The notes beneath the pieces are model-generated. The model saw nothing but the letters and a program-made list of their open reading frames with translations, was not told the origin of the DNA and made no database searches. A stretch of 63,738 nt of DNA, the filler included, from Chiloscyllium plagiosum (Eukaryota): assembly GCF_004010195.1 (NCBI RefSeq). It is 4 parts of one record of this genome, joined end to end, with 100 filler letters (N's around TTAATTAATTAA, not from the genome) between each part and the next. Parts side by side here need not be neighbours in the genome. Positions count along the whole stretch, not along the records: positions 43,074 to 63,738 come from NC_057712.1; 3 more parts are not named here. One strand, written 5' to 3'. The position numbers were made by a program, and so were the translations under genes. Below, piece by piece: positions 63,125 through 63,738 of this stretch; the first letter of the stretch is position 1, and each line of letters opens with the position of its first letter.

Positions 63125-63738
63125 CAATTACTGGGTGATATTTATTGGGGTATAACCCCCTCCCTCCCCCAGTTACCAGGTGATGTTTATTGGGGTATAA
63201 CCCCCACCGCCCTTCCTGTTATCAGGTGATGTTTATTGGGGTATAACCCCCTCTCCCCCGTTACCGGGTGATGTTTATTGGGGTATAACCCTCTCCCCCC
63301 GGTACAGGGTGATGATTATTGGGGTATAACCCCCTCTCCCCGCGGTACAGGGTGATGATTATTGGGGTATAACCCCCTCTCCCCGCGGTACAGGGTGATG
63401 ATTATTGGGGTATAACCCCCTCTCCCCGCGGTACAGGGTGATGATTATTGGGGTATAACCCCCTCTCCCCGCGGTACAGGGTGATGATTATTGGGGTATA
63501 ACCCCCTCTCCCCGCGGTACAGGGTGATGATTATTGGGGTATAACCCCCTCTCCCCGCGGTACAGGGTGATGATTATTGGGGTATAACCCCCTCTCCCCG
63601 CGGTACAGGGTGATGATTATTGGGGTATAACCCCCTCTCCCCGCGGTACAGGGTGATGATTATTGGGGTATAACCCCCTCTCCCCGCGGTACAGGGTGAT
63701 GATTATTGGGGTATAACCCTCTCCCCCCCGGTACAGGG
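63125..63738. repeat. 43-bp minisatellite (GGTACAGGGTGATGATTATTGGGGTATAACCCCCTCTCCCCGC)
   Basis: Diverged units on the left, then identical units from about 63340. Each unit holds the internal inverted repeat GGGGT-ATA-ACCCC. Confidence 0.96.

Noticed and set aside
63125..63738. CRISPR-like array
   Set aside because: Contiguous repeats with no unique spacers, no cas genes, and a eukaryotic context.

Overview
Vertebrate genomic DNA, almost certainly a cartilaginous fish (shark): it carries HE1/V-SINEs, esterase-ORF1 CR1 LINEs and Penelope-like elements, with many assembly gaps. Most of the window is transposon-derived. Two host genes converge tail to tail. RNF8 is on the + strand (coiled-coil exon 11433-11516, RING exon 15892-16096). 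An equilibrative nucleoside transporter, most like SLC29A1/ENT1, is on the - strand (exons 34637-34722 and 27366-27477). Exons expected between these probably lie in N gaps. Also present: one 5S rRNA gene with spacer fused to a CR1 3' end, with the CR1-spacer junction repeated 7.5 kb away; Penelope-like elements whose terminal repeats carry minimal hammerhead-ribozyme cores, some as short fold-back insertions; two decayed Gypsy elements; a Tigger-like MITE; and several minisatellites. No CRISPR or prokaryotic system is present. Family assignments come from recognised motifs, not database searches, and TE boundaries are approximate unless a target-site duplication (TSD) or splice site is given.
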